A stretch of DNA of 64,000 nucleotides from Balanoglossus misakiensis. Lineage: Eukaryota > Animalia > Hemichordata. The position numbers and the translations under genes were made by a program. The DNA lies in assembly GCA_040954595.2 (NCBI GenBank), contig CM082597.2:3502014-3566013 (forward strand), written 5' to 3'. How positions within the stretch are numbered: the first letter of the stretch is position 1; each line of letters begins with the position of its first letter. Of the stretch, positions 1 to 13,118 are shown one piece after another. The notes below the pieces were generated by a model that saw only the letters and a program-made list of their open reading frames with translations, was not told the origin of the DNA and ran no database searches.

Positions 1-3000
1 TCATTTGTAATTTGGTAACTTTATGAGCTTAGCATTCAATTCATCTGATACATTGAAGAATTATCTTCAGATGTAGATCATTTGAAATGCTTTGTGTTGT
101 TTTGATCGTCCAATGTAGGCTTCCGGTGCCTGTGTCACACATTCACGGATTCATCAGTGTCTGTCGAATAGAGTTATCGTGCTTTTTAGTTCAAATTTTA
201 GTGAAATAAACGAACACTTTTGACAACGTAAAAAAGAGAAGAAAAACTCGTTTGTAATATCGCCCAATTTAAATAACATACAAATGGCAGCAGTTCACAT
301 ATATTGATTTTATCTTCGGTGTTTTTTTTATGTTGCGAGATGACAGGTTAATGATCGACGATGCGTTCCAAGGTGTATTGCAAATAGACGACGTGACCGG
401 AAGCCTTTTGACACACTCACACAAACAACACGATTGGGTTACAATATCAGCGAAATCACCGCGGGTACGTATACTTGACTGGCGGTGTGGCCGAGGTTAG
501 ATTATGTGATTAATAAAAGGGTCAAACCAGAAAATGACTCAGATTCGCGGGAATTGTTAAAATTGTACATTGTTTGAATGTGACCATCCGGGCATTTCAT
601 CATGTTTCATGAACTTGAACAATAGTAGTTATACTGTGTCGCATGGGTCCCATACCCGCAGCCGCAGACGGGACGACGCCCACTCTTTTAAAGTTTAAGT
701 ACTGTAGTATAATTTGATGCCACAATTAAACAAGGGTCCGTGCGCACTCATACGAGGTAAGCATAGGCATCACTATTGCACTATAACATTAGGATCTTCA
801 TGCAAGTGCCTGGTGGTTTTGTTTTACAGCGCAGTGAAGGGGTTAGTCCTGTATACTCTGTCGTGTTACGTTGAACAACGTCTACGGCCTGCCCCTGTAC
901 GACTACCCCTAATGATCACTTGATCTGTGCTCCCCTTCCTGTAGTGAAGGCCACCAGGGAAATGGGGATAACCTTTTCGGGAACAATTTCTGTGGAATTA
1001 AAGCTGCACCAGGAAGCGTGGGAGGTGGACTGTTTTCTTGGTGTGAATTTCAGGATCTCACGTAACATATGCCGTAATTAGCCGGCTCGGACTGGAGAGG
1101 ACATTGGAACTCTTTTTAAAAATAATAGTTCGTGGGGCTCGGGCTAATTTCCTCGTCTGTGCGGTTTATCATCAATGCCGACGCAGCGCGCATGCATGTA
1201 TATACAGAGGACAGGTATCCAAGGCTCGTCCAGCGTTTGATACCATGCCCCCGGGCAACACGGCTCTAAGGATGTTATTACTGGGACTCCTGCACTTATT
1301 GCCCGGGGACAGCACAGCCATAATTATCTCCTTGTGTTACTGTATCTGCCCCGAAACCGTTCCTTTATGACCTAATGTGGCTAAGAACACAAGTAGCCTT
1401 CCATGAAACGATGATGATATTATATCCCCTTGGCAAAAGAATAAGACGTACCGTTCGAAGGGCTGGACAGAACCATCTTTGGGCATTTTCATTTCTCTCC
1501 AGCTCTCATCGCTTGTGCTTTCGATTCAAAGCATAACTTGAAGGTTTCGTCCGCTAAGAATCCTTTTGAGACCTTGATTGAGTTTTCCAGTGCGAATAAA
1601 CACCTGTGGTCAATTTAAGAAAGAGATGACAAGGTGATATTAAAATACATGAGTTATGATATGAAGGTGATACTAGTATTCATGTCCGAAAAAATAATTA
1701 AATTGCTTATTTACAGTGGGTGTGAAACCTTCAACCTCAATAGATTGCGAATAATATTTCTCCTGTTATATAGTCAATTCTCTCACAATACCCTTTGCAT
1801 CGGTAAAATGTCAGTTAAAAAAGATATATTTCTGATCTTTGCTCTTTCAATTTATAAGGTTATCAATATTATGAGATTGATTATTCATTTTAATCTTCTT
1901 ATACGATCAGCATTCACCCTTGTGCTCCTATGTCACCCTGGGCAATGAAGATAATTAACATCTCTGAACAACATTGTCATCCAGGGAATCCGAGGCCAAT
2001 TTTGTATCTTTTATCGGGAACAGATCACAGTAAAGTAGCTCCCAACATGGCCGCGCAACCGAACGACACCTGTGACGATCACTTTCTGTAGCATACAATT
2101 TCTCACTACCGTTTTCAGGTATTTCGCTACCTAGGTAAGTGATAAAATCCAATATGGTCGACGCCATTCCAAGATGGCCGACTTCCTACCCACAATGCAA
2201 TTATTATACAGTGATTTGACTCCCCAGCAAGAAGCAACTATATTTAAGTTAGGAGGAATTGCAGTCATGCTCGCAGGCTAAATTTATTAACGTTTTCGAG
2301 GAAAACTAAATAGTTCGAATAAATATGGTGGCTCATTTCAGAACGAATTCACAGATCTAGGGGATGTGCAGATTGTTTGCAAAGGAAGTTGGATTTATCG
2401 GCAGTTTTCCTCGTCTCTCGAATAAATTATACTGCCGATTGGGTTTCACTTACTGTTGATTTCCAGATAAGGTGGTCAAAACTAAGACGCTTACGAATTC
2501 TCCTTGAATATATTCAGTAAAAAGGGGAATGATTTCTTGAGCAACCCGTGAAAATAACCGAGTCTTTGAGAGGATTAGACAACCCACGTTATAAGATGTG
2601 TCGAGTTAGCACGTCGCAGGGCGCCTAATCCGAGCGTGATGCGCAGGGCCTGCAACAGATGGCCCATGAAAAATAGTCAAGATGCAACAGTAATCTGATC
2701 GAGCGATTTCATTAATTCTTCTCAAGGACGTTCGTGTGCACAGGCACACATGGAAGCCGATTGCAAACACAATCTGCGAAATAGAGTGCTGCTGGGCCCA
2801 GTGTCATGACATGGAATCATTCTGGCATTCATTCCTGTGCCTACAAATGAGTACATCAAAGTATACATATTCGTTTTCTCCCCCCCCCCCCACACACACG
2901 GTGTATTTTGTGAAAGCTAGGTCTAAGATTACATTGCACATCCACATAAATATTCTCCATCAATTATTCTTCCACTTGTAACATTATATATACCGATATT

Positions 3001-3230
3001 GTAAAACTGTTTTCTGTACATTTTCTATGTTAGCTGTCTTTTCTATGTTCACTTGGCATACATTAAGGCTAATCACCAAATATAACCAAGTGTAGTTTTC
3101 AAGGCACTCGACAGATGTACAGTCGTACGTGAGAATTGGTTAATTGTACAGCAGTTTGTATACACTCGAGAAATGTTTGGCTACGTTGGTTGCAAGGTAT
3201 TTTGATTTGATATCCATATATCCTTTGCTA

Positions 3231-3271
3231 ACAAGCAAGCAAACAAACAAACAAACAAACAAACAAACAAA
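3231..3271. repeat. (AAGC)/(AAAC)n microsatellite
   Basis: Direct tetranucleotide run. Confidence 0.9.
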
Positions 3272-6200
3272 CGACTTAGTCCAGAGTTGACGCCATGTTG
3301 ATATGTATTTGAACCGGAGATAAATGAGCTGACCATGCAGAGCCTTGTCGGCGTCAGTTGTTCACATTTTAATGGCATATGAAACAAAAGCGGGAAAACT
3401 CTGCCCTGTGGTGAATGGTCCACGCAGACGAGAGTAATCAATCCCAATATCTACAGTCAACACAACCCTGATGACATTTTACGAAGAGAAAATTGACTTT
3501 TTTGTTTGACAATGATCGAGGAGACAACAAACCTTGGGAAACACCCATTTTCCATTACCTTCGAAAGCGAGCAGCGTGATGCAAAATACGGCGGGGTAAA
3601 TGATCTATGTTTGATCATAAAACCTCTTTGTTGATGTCGATAATTGAATCGTAATGACACTTTCCCGTTCGTTCGATAGTCCCTCTTGCAATGCATATAC
3701 AGCCCCGGGGCATGTTTACATTCGTGGTTCTGAAGAGGCCGCCTTTATTGAAATCTCAAGTACAGCAGATAGAACGATGACGTTCAAGATTACTGATCTC
3801 GGTTTCATAAATCTCACCGCGTCACGACATTGATCGCTTGTGGCTGGTTCCTCTAGCATCATCGGTCACTCGCACACAGGAAACGCACACATTTAAAACC
3901 TTCGCTAGCTGTGAGACACAGATCCGTGCGTCAATCCTTCCCTACGTTGTTGCCCATCCGAGGATAATTATACTATATAGCAATTATATTATGGCTTGGT
4001 TTGAATGGTGTGCCGGATGAAGTGTAGTGCCAGAAAGTCCACACACGTCAAATAAAATTAGTGAGATAATGCCAGCTATGATTTGAATGCGAAGAAAAAT
4101 AATATTTATGTTGCTAATACAATAAAACCAAAGATGTAACTAACAAAACTTTTGTAGGCCACTTCAAATATGAAGTTAACTGTTAACCTAGAGTAACTAC
4201 TGTGGTACGGTACCCCCACAGCACCGTCCCTAATATCTGGTCGGTATAGGCTAACCCTCAGTGCAAGAGATCCAATCACTTATAAAATAATGATGACTGA
4301 AAATGTCTACTTTTATGTATAATTAAGAAATTGGGTATAAAACGCTAACATTGAACAGCAATGACTAATTTATCGGCAGGTACATTTAAAAGGACAATGA
4401 AATTACTTGTGAATGGTCATAAACAAGACTTTTATACCAAATATATTATTATCCCTACTATTAAAGTTCTCATGCTTCGTTTATTGGCGCCATAAAACTA
4501 CATGTAAATGGTTATATAGCATGCCAATGTATGGCGGTTTCATGGTACATGTATTGTAACATGGTAATGAACTCAGAATAGGAAGCGGAATTGATGTTGA
4601 GTTAAATCGTTATTCAAAAGATATACAGGCGTAATTTACGAAACACTAGAGGTATATTTTGAACATGTTTTATTAGTACAAGACTGCGTGTTGATCCAAC
4701 GTTTGGCATGCGGCGTTTTGTATGGCATATTAACCGAATAGAGACCATTGCATGCTTACTTTCGGGGAATTAATTGGATCAAAACAGTTCCTCCGACACA
4801 CAGACGAATTATCTCGCAGGTAGGTTTATACAGTGTTGCGAAGCTCGCGTGCGACAGCCCCCCCCCTTCTACCTCGCTCTGGTAATCAAATATTGAACCA
4901 TTTTGTTCTTTATTTGTCCAAACTTAAAAACCTAGTGGTTCACCGTTTCATGTTCATTCAATCTGATTAAAGAATATCATGCACACGGAAGAGAGAACAA
5001 TTAATATTTACATGACGTCTAAATGTGTACGTTTTCTTTACCTTTATGTACATACTGAAGGTTGCTGATATACATTACAGAAGACGAATTAGGTTGAGAG
5101 ATTAGGCACTTTATACTCCTGTGGTGTATTTGCTACCTACAAGAAGACCAAGCTTAGAAAACTCAAAACCTACAAGTGAGATATTGAGTCGTTAGTTACA
5201 TGTAAACTCCTCTCTCCGATTAAGGCTTGATCTGAGAGATTAAGTATAAGTGTTCTGTAACTAAAACTTGTCCAAAAAAACTTGGAAGCAATTTTGCAAT
5301 GCGGAAAACTTCACACGACGGAATGAGTTCCTGTATTAATATCTTCGCTAGGTGGATTAAACGCTTACGCTAGTTTACCAAGGACACGGAGTCAAGATCC
5401 TCAGCTTTTACATACAAGTATTTAGCTTAAGGGGTTTTCACACAATAACGAGATACAACCCATGTCTCTAACTACAGAAAGCTTGGTTGTATTCTTTCAA
5501 CGTTCTCCAATCAAGTTGTAGAAATCCATACGTTCTTATCTGTGGCTTTCCGTTCTTTGGGCAACTTAGGGTTAGGGATCTTTCACATAAATATGCTAAA
5601 TGCTTGAATGGTGTTTTCTCCCCTAAAAGATAAGATGATCTGTAAATGCAGCGGATTTGAATCGTTGCAGACAGATTAAAAGTGAGATTCGCAATTAATT
5701 TTAAACCAGGACCGGCAGCAATCTGTCAGCGACTTTACCAAGGCCGATGGATTCTCTAATATGAAACAGCTTGCCTGCCTATCATGGGAAGATTTTCAGA
5801 ATCATAGCAATTGGAATTATGGAACAGTCAACGATACTGTCGAATTCATACACTCTAGCGCATCCTAGAACAAAATGAATTGTGTCCCTTCAAATTAGTT
5901 AGTTCAGTCAGCTGCCTATAATTGAGCTTACATATTGACGCTTTTATCATACTGACACGCATTTAATCACAGTTTCAGAACAGAGCTGATGATTCTGGAA
6001 CATTGTGCAGTCCACTTGCAAGTGGTGGTTATTAAACAGGTCATGATTTTCCAGCGAGGGAACAACGACCCCTCGAGACTGAGATGCACCACGCCACAGC
6101 CGTATCGTTACGTACCATCTATCACAAGGAAGATCCCAAATAATAATATACACACTGATAGATTTCCCAATCACGTAAGCAATGTAGATGACGATAAGAT

Positions 6201-6449
6201 AGCAAAGAATAGGTAATTCCGGTCGGAGCACTTCTCCAAATTGGAAACGAGTTTCAATCAATAGGAGAGATTTGCATGCAACAATAGTTTCAAATGGGTC
6301 CACCAGATACTGTCAGTGTCAGTTGACGATCGCCTACTCTAAAAGGTTTGTTCAGCATTCATAATGGTCAGAAAAAAGGTTTTATTCCCGGTACAGATAA
6401 ATAAATAAGTGAACAAATAAGCAAGTAAGTAAGTACATGTAATTAAGTA

Positions 6450-6626
6450 TAGTCAAACCTGTATATAGTGGCCAGTCGAGGGACTTTCCTAAACTGGCCA
6501 GTACAGGCAGACGGCCTTTATAGACATGTCAATCAATGGACATGTAAATTGCACGGGGATTGTAACAAAGTGGCCACTATATAGAGGTGACCACTATATG
6601 TAGGGGATACTACACAGGTTTGACTG
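6450..6626. mobile_element. MITE of Tc1/mariner-pogo type (~177 bp)
   Basis: Terminal inverted repeats tagtcaaacctgt (6450) / acaggtttgactg (6614-6626), TA at both flanks, internal repeated gtggcca/gtgaccactata motifs, no ORF. Confidence 0.75.
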
Positions 6627-8564
6627 TAAATAAGTAAACAAGTATAAATAAACAGACGTTTGCTTTGTAAACTTCTGTACATTGAGCTCTATGTACGCGA
6701 GCTGACGACAGCTTTGAAACAGGATTGGAGTTACTTTCCTTCTGAAAAACAGGCCTGATTTCGCTAGTCTTCAGCTAATTCTATTCGTATTACCTACATC
6801 ACTCCGGCAGATGTTGCTTTTGTCGTGCGATTCAATATCCAGGTATTACCCTTTGATCTGAGTGTCTCACCCCGAGGGGAAACACGGCTTCGTGAATCTT
6901 GGCAGAGCCCTGCTAATCCGCTAAATCGAAACTACCCGTCAGAAGAATGTTAAAGACCTGGAGGGATTTCTGTCACTACCTTTTGACTGCTCGGTTTTTC
7001 TGTGTATACACGGCTCAATAAAATGGCGCTACAGGTAGGAAAGTGGGAAGGAAACGAGCTTGCTGGGTGAGCATTGGAAATCAGCTACGTGGATAGATAA
7101 GCACATATATACACGTATAAAGAAGGGTAGTAGGAGAAACGAAAGGCGGTAAAATCTCTACAACGCTGGACTCACTCATCAGGAGACTAAACTGGCGAAA
7201 ATGCCAGGGGGAAGGCGCGTTTATATGCAGGTACACAGGTGGTGGAATATAGGCTGGGGTGGGCCGTTTTGCATAACAATGTGTATAGCTGGTGATATGC
7301 ATGTGTTGTGTGGGGAGTTTCTAGATTTAATTGTTGCGTAACAATGCTGTGTGTGGCGAGTATACACGCTCACTGTGTCGGCTACACATCATTACTTAGA
7401 CGTGATCTGTGTTTCAAAGTTCGTTTTTTTTCGACAGGGGTATTCTGGCGGTCTGCTCAGATGTCACATTGATACTTTTGCCAGTGGCATGCCTTGATCA
7501 CAAGAGTGTGTTTAATATTCACATCGAGACTTTTGCGTAATACAACAAGAACGACCAAATAGGCCCTTGACAGACTGACAGACATTGGATTGGTGATGAC
7601 AACCTTGATGACGCCATTACTCTAACTGTGCATGCGTCGTGGGCAAACAAACAGGCCTCTCTCTAGTTCTTCGCTGTACGTCTCTGCCATTCCGGTCACG
7701 TACGGAAATTACCGCATGACTCTTTACGGACAGGACTTAGTAGTTTTCAAGTTGATATAAGCGCTCTAAGAGTCTATTACGCTGTGACAAGTCGACCAAC
7801 TCCCATCTGGAGAACGTGCTTTTACGACTGGGAGAACACCCGTTTGCGTTCTAAGGACGACGATCATCTTATGCGCATGTGCGAAACCAGAGACTCCGGT
7901 TACAAAAAAAATGTAAAACTAAAGTCTGCTTATACGGTGCGCCTGAAATATCATAATCAACAAAACGTTTACAGGACAAATTAATCAACCTTTTTGGCAT
8001 GTCGATATTAAGTTCATTTAAATTAACGAACGAAGAACAACATAAGAACAACAATTCAATGCACGCCACTGTCCATCAACATCAGGCACTATACGTACAT
8101 GTACTCTGTGATGTTTCGCGCAAAACGCATAGTATTTTCCTAAAAACAGTACACCCTACAATTATATCGCTTCTTGTAAAGGGTCAAAGGTCATGGGTTT
8201 ATCGCATTATTGTTATTGAAATGTAATGTGATAAACTCTATGTATTCACTGACTGTCTTGTGTGCTGGATAGTATCTACGTATATATTTGCATAATTCAT
8301 GAACTATGAATAGCCATTCTGCATTACCTGTTCTGGGGAAACGTGCCTAACGGCATGCACATCGATGACAAGGTAGATATCCTCATTCAATGGTGAAGAC
8401 GTTTTCAATTTACCGTCTTGTGAGTGCATTGTGTGATATTTCATTACGCCAGACGGTGCACTCACGTTGCAAGACGCCGTTTAGGTTCACGACCTGTGGA
8501 AATGCAAATAAATGAATATTTGAATGCATGGCAAGGGGAAATTATTCTCTAGAGGAATAAATAT

Positions 8565-8700
8565 ACCACCGCTACTGGTACTAACACCACCATAAACACC
8601 AACCACTACCACCACCAACAACAGCAACGAGGCCACAACCATCACTGCCGTCGTCATCTTCTTCATCGATGACGATGTCGTCTTCATCATAGTCATCATC
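8565..8700. repeat. Low-complexity (CAC/CAA/CAT)n trinucleotide tract
   Basis: Degenerate trinucleotide runs that explain the D/E/V/G-rich spurious ORFs. Confidence 0.7.
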
Positions 8701-10127
8701 GTTGTAACTTAGCCTTTGTATGTATAACCTATGTTTAATTAAACACACTTGAAAAAATATACCATAATAAAAATATACCAATCTCAGCTCACGTGTGACA
8801 ATTTTGAAGTTACAAGTCCCGCTTATCAACAAATTTGAGAGAGAAAAAAAATACAATATGCCCCCTTGACTAGACTATCCGTTTACTTTCTCGTTTCATC
8901 TTGGACATTTATGTCTGTTCGAAAGGAAAACAGACAAGAACAAAATGCTATACCACTACAAACATCTCTATAACACACACACATTTACTGCAGCTCCATA
9001 TCAACGAAGATTGTATTTAGATAGTGCATTAACAGCTGCACTGCAGAACGCAGAACAGCATTAACTCGTCGAGACTGTTTCATCCCAGGCAGTGGCCCGG
9101 ATTTGTTCAGGGCGGTAACGGTGAACTGTTAACACGTAGATAGTCGGCAGATAGGGATTTTAGGGTCAACGGGTTCGTAATGACGGCCTAAAGATGCGTA
9201 GTAATTAATTCGTGGCATTAACTCGGACGGACGTCGACTGTTAATTGGGGTTGGCTTGTAAATCATTTAATTCAATTACCGCGTGGCAGACAGGGACGTG
9301 AGGTTTGGGGCATGTGAATGAAGGCGAAATGTTTTGATAAGCAGCACAAACCCCTAACGTAATCACTTCTCCTTGGCTGTTCGTCTGACTGATACACGGT
9401 ATCAGAGAGTTTGCTACCGCTGGGACGAGCACGATTTTTGTTTACGAACATGAGCGATGGGCAGAATCGGAAATGGTTATCAAGAATTATCATGATTTGG
9501 GAGGGGTTTCCCTCGGGAGGTTCCGCAAAGAATGCATTAACATGCAGGCGGCGGTAGAAAGAGCACTGCGCGCGAGGTTGCCATGAGCGACTAAAACACG
9601 AGCGGGCGCTGTGTATATTTTATGCAGCTGGCAAGCGGAAGAAAATTCAGACACCCACGTGCACATTAAATTTGGCTACATGTCAAACGCGCAACAGCTG
9701 GACAGGACAAAGAATTCGAAGTACACAATGGGGTCGTCTTCTATCAGATGTTAACGTTTCCTCACCTCTCCTTCAGGACTCACTCAACCTCCTTACTTTG
9801 AGGAAGAAGAAACCTCTGCAAAGAGTGTACCTGTCACGTGCATTCCTGAACGCGGTTTATTGAATTTCGTCTTGATTGTTTTGCAACACTTGTAGGCACA
9901 CAATATCATTTACATTCGTGGAATCTGACACCGTAGCGGCACTGAGAGGTTATCGCTCGATGTCGCCTCTGCGTTCAGTCGTAATTTTACGAGAGTGGTC
10001 GTGGGCTGCATCACAAATAAAGATATGTCAATTCGGAGATGTTGTCGTTCAGAGAAAATTTTTTAATATTACCCTAATGATAATATGACGAATGTGTGTT
10101 TAATTAAATCTGGCATTATAACCGAAC

Positions 10128-10196
10128 AGTGACTGACTGACTGAATGATTGTATGAATGAATTGATGTATGGATGGATGGATGGATGGATGGATGA
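10128..10196. repeat. (GACT)/(ATGG)n microsatellite
   Basis: Direct tetranucleotide runs. Confidence 0.85.
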
Positions 10197-13118
10197 ATTG
10201 CTGTGAACGTTAGCGAAAAGTAGACGCAGATATCCAAATCACGTTTGGGGAAACTTTGACGACAGCACCAAACGCTAATTGGGTCGATTTGGTAACTGCA
10301 CGTTTTGCCGGGCGTTGAGTGGGCATGTAGCAGAATAACTAGTGATGTACTGCTGATGGATATAGTCTACAGGGCTCGTAGTAATCGCATATGGTGTACA
10401 CAGGGGAGAGATCTGAATCACAAAGGTAAATAACACGGGGGAGTTCAGTGTTTTCAACAAGGCCGCGCACTATCGTTTGAATTGAATTAACCCGCTTGAG
10501 ATATACGACGGTAGCAGCTCATAAAGATGGATGGATGTACTTAAATAAGCGAAAACAATTTTGAGATATGTTTTGATAAAGATCGTTCAAACAAGTCCTG
10601 GGTCAATGCACTAGCCTTTGAATAGTCTTGGTCGATACTAGCTGTTGTATCAGCCCCCCCCCCCCCCCAACGGTACACCTGTGTTACCACAGCTCGGTCG
10701 ATACAAGCTCAAAATTGCCTGCAGGGATAACTAGTTATCGTGAAATTAAATGTCAAAGCCGTCGGTTTAATTCTGTATTACCCTTACCGTAGCAGTGTGC
10801 TGTACCGTGCTCTGCTGTAGTGGAATCGTGGGTTCAAAGACGTGTACATTCTCCTGTGCACGTGCGTTGAGCCGGAGGAGCCGGAGCCTTCATGTCCACG
10901 TGTAAGAATCCAATGACCTTTCATGACCCCTAAGTGACCTTATATCCTAGTACTTCCGTTGGTCTGGCACTAGCAATATGTAAAATGTCACCTTAAAAAC
11001 AATCACTTTGCTAATTCAGTACGCAATTAATTGGCTACAGGTATAATTATTAAGTTTTTCATCAGACTGAACGATGCATATGTACCAACAGAAGATGTAA
11101 AGTCCTGCAGGGGTCATGAAGATGGCCAATTGACCTACATTGTCACATGTTCGGAGACTTCATTCAGCCTCACATGCTCCGGATCTGAATTTCAAAGACT
11201 GAATTGAAAAAAAAATATTTAATTGACGGTGCTTTATGGATAAACTTGGGGGTAATTGTACACACAATTGGAACAGAAAGTGTATATTTTACAGTTCGTT
11301 GGAGTTGGGTCACCAAGAGGAGTTCTGTGTCAGCCACTAGACCAGACACTGCAAATCAACGCTTGGCATCAAATGCTCCTTGAGTCCAAAGTAACGAGCC
11401 ACACGCTCTAGAGGCGTATAAGCTTGTAAGCAGAGCCGTGAAAGCCAATACTTCAGTGCTTCAGCTAAGAGAACAACATCTAGGATGAAACATGAATTAA
11501 AAAAAAACTCTTAGCGACGGGAAAATTGAAATATTGGCCCTTTTGTGATTTCGGCTTACAGCTCTGGTGGCAGCGTAAGAGGAATTCATCAAAGACAGTC
11601 ACCAAACACCGCGTATCACTCACAAAACATTTTGCAAGCATGCATCATTTGAAGCGCTGGAGATATACTCCATTCATATCCCTGTTTCTAGGAACGCGTA
11701 TTCAAGATTTTATCATAAAATCACGATGTGTTTTTTCTGTCCCGTGAAGGCCACGGCTGAATGCGGCGAGGATTAGCTTCATAATCATACCGCTACGTGT
11801 CGTGTCTGCCGTCAGCTGCAATTACTCTGAGCGTGTTAGCTGTAGTCCAGAATGATTTCTATAACAGTGCGGATGCATTTCCGACTAAACAGAGGTACGA
11901 TCGACCTGATTTCTTGTTTATCTATTCAATCGCACCGCGGGATGAAAATGCTTATGGCGGAGTCTTTCGCTTGACTAGATCCGCAGTGATGTCCTTTTCG
12001 ATACCGTTCTGTTAACTAGGCTTTTCCCGCAGCAAATTGAAAGACATAATGGGTGATTGGTGTACAACCAAATGTACATCTGCATGGTATACACAACTGT
12101 CTCGCCGACCGTGCCTTACGTCAGGATCCAATCCGCTATCCATGTCAAGACTCCCTGCGTTGTGTCGTCCTAATTTCCCCCCACATGCTCATCCAAGCCT
12201 TAACTGGATAATGGGTCGGCGAGTCTTTCTCTGATGTCCAAGATGGCTCCGTCAAAATTGACGGACACTGACAAGCCACGGGCTTTGGGAACCGACCGCC
12301 GCCGGTGAAGTGCAGCAAACCATTCCCTATAGTTTTCTTTCCAATTTATAACGAAGGAGGAGGAGGAAAAAAATTGGCCCCAGAAACTGACTTTTGTTTC
12401 ATGCCAATTTGCTGGTAGTTTCACAGACCTCTCGCATCATTGAATACTAAATAACAAGGCTAATCGGATTCGACTTGTTTCTAACGTGGCATCATGGACG
12501 CCATTTTTAATTCTAAATAAAATATACCTTATGTTACAAACACAGATTGTAAAATAACCATATATTTTACTGTCTTCTAAAATATGTTACAAAAACTCCA
12601 AAAAAATCGCTCCTAATGGTCACGTGGGCAAGCATACCATCCTATAGACTGTATAAAACAGGCAGCACAATATTAGTAACTGCTATATACTCTGCTGAAA
12701 CAAATGTACATATGTGTAAATATACTAGTACTTAGACACACAGTGGGCTTGATAAAGGGCGAGAGGAAATATATTGTTGGTTCAGTCAACCACCTACAAA
12801 TACCCGTAGTGCTAAAAATTTCACTGCCAACAAGGCAGTCAAATCACATGAAAATTTTCTATATATGTGCAAACTAAGAGTAGAAATGCCACTAATTTGA
12901 ATCTTTTTGGTTCAAAAGCTACCGGAAGCTAAGTACTGGCAAGGGATTCTGTTGAACAGAATCAGTCGGGCAAGTTCTTGAGCATGGTCGTCCGGGGATA
13001 TTTTGATCAGTCATGTTTTTCCTCTTGAGCAATGTCGCCGATGCGTCTGACCAGTCCTCTAAAACTCAGCCTTTTCTAAAGTCTCTTTCTTCCGTCTGTT
13101 TCTCTGTCTCACTCTCTC

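Noticed and set aside
10920-11120. 12-bp inverted repeat ttcatgacccct/aggggtcatgaa ~190 bp apart
   Set aside because: Short, with no clear target-site duplication; could be a decayed MITE or chance.
12038-12060. TGAAAGACAT resembling the 5' end of miR-71
   Set aside because: The 3' half diverges from the mature miRNA and no complementary arm is evident.
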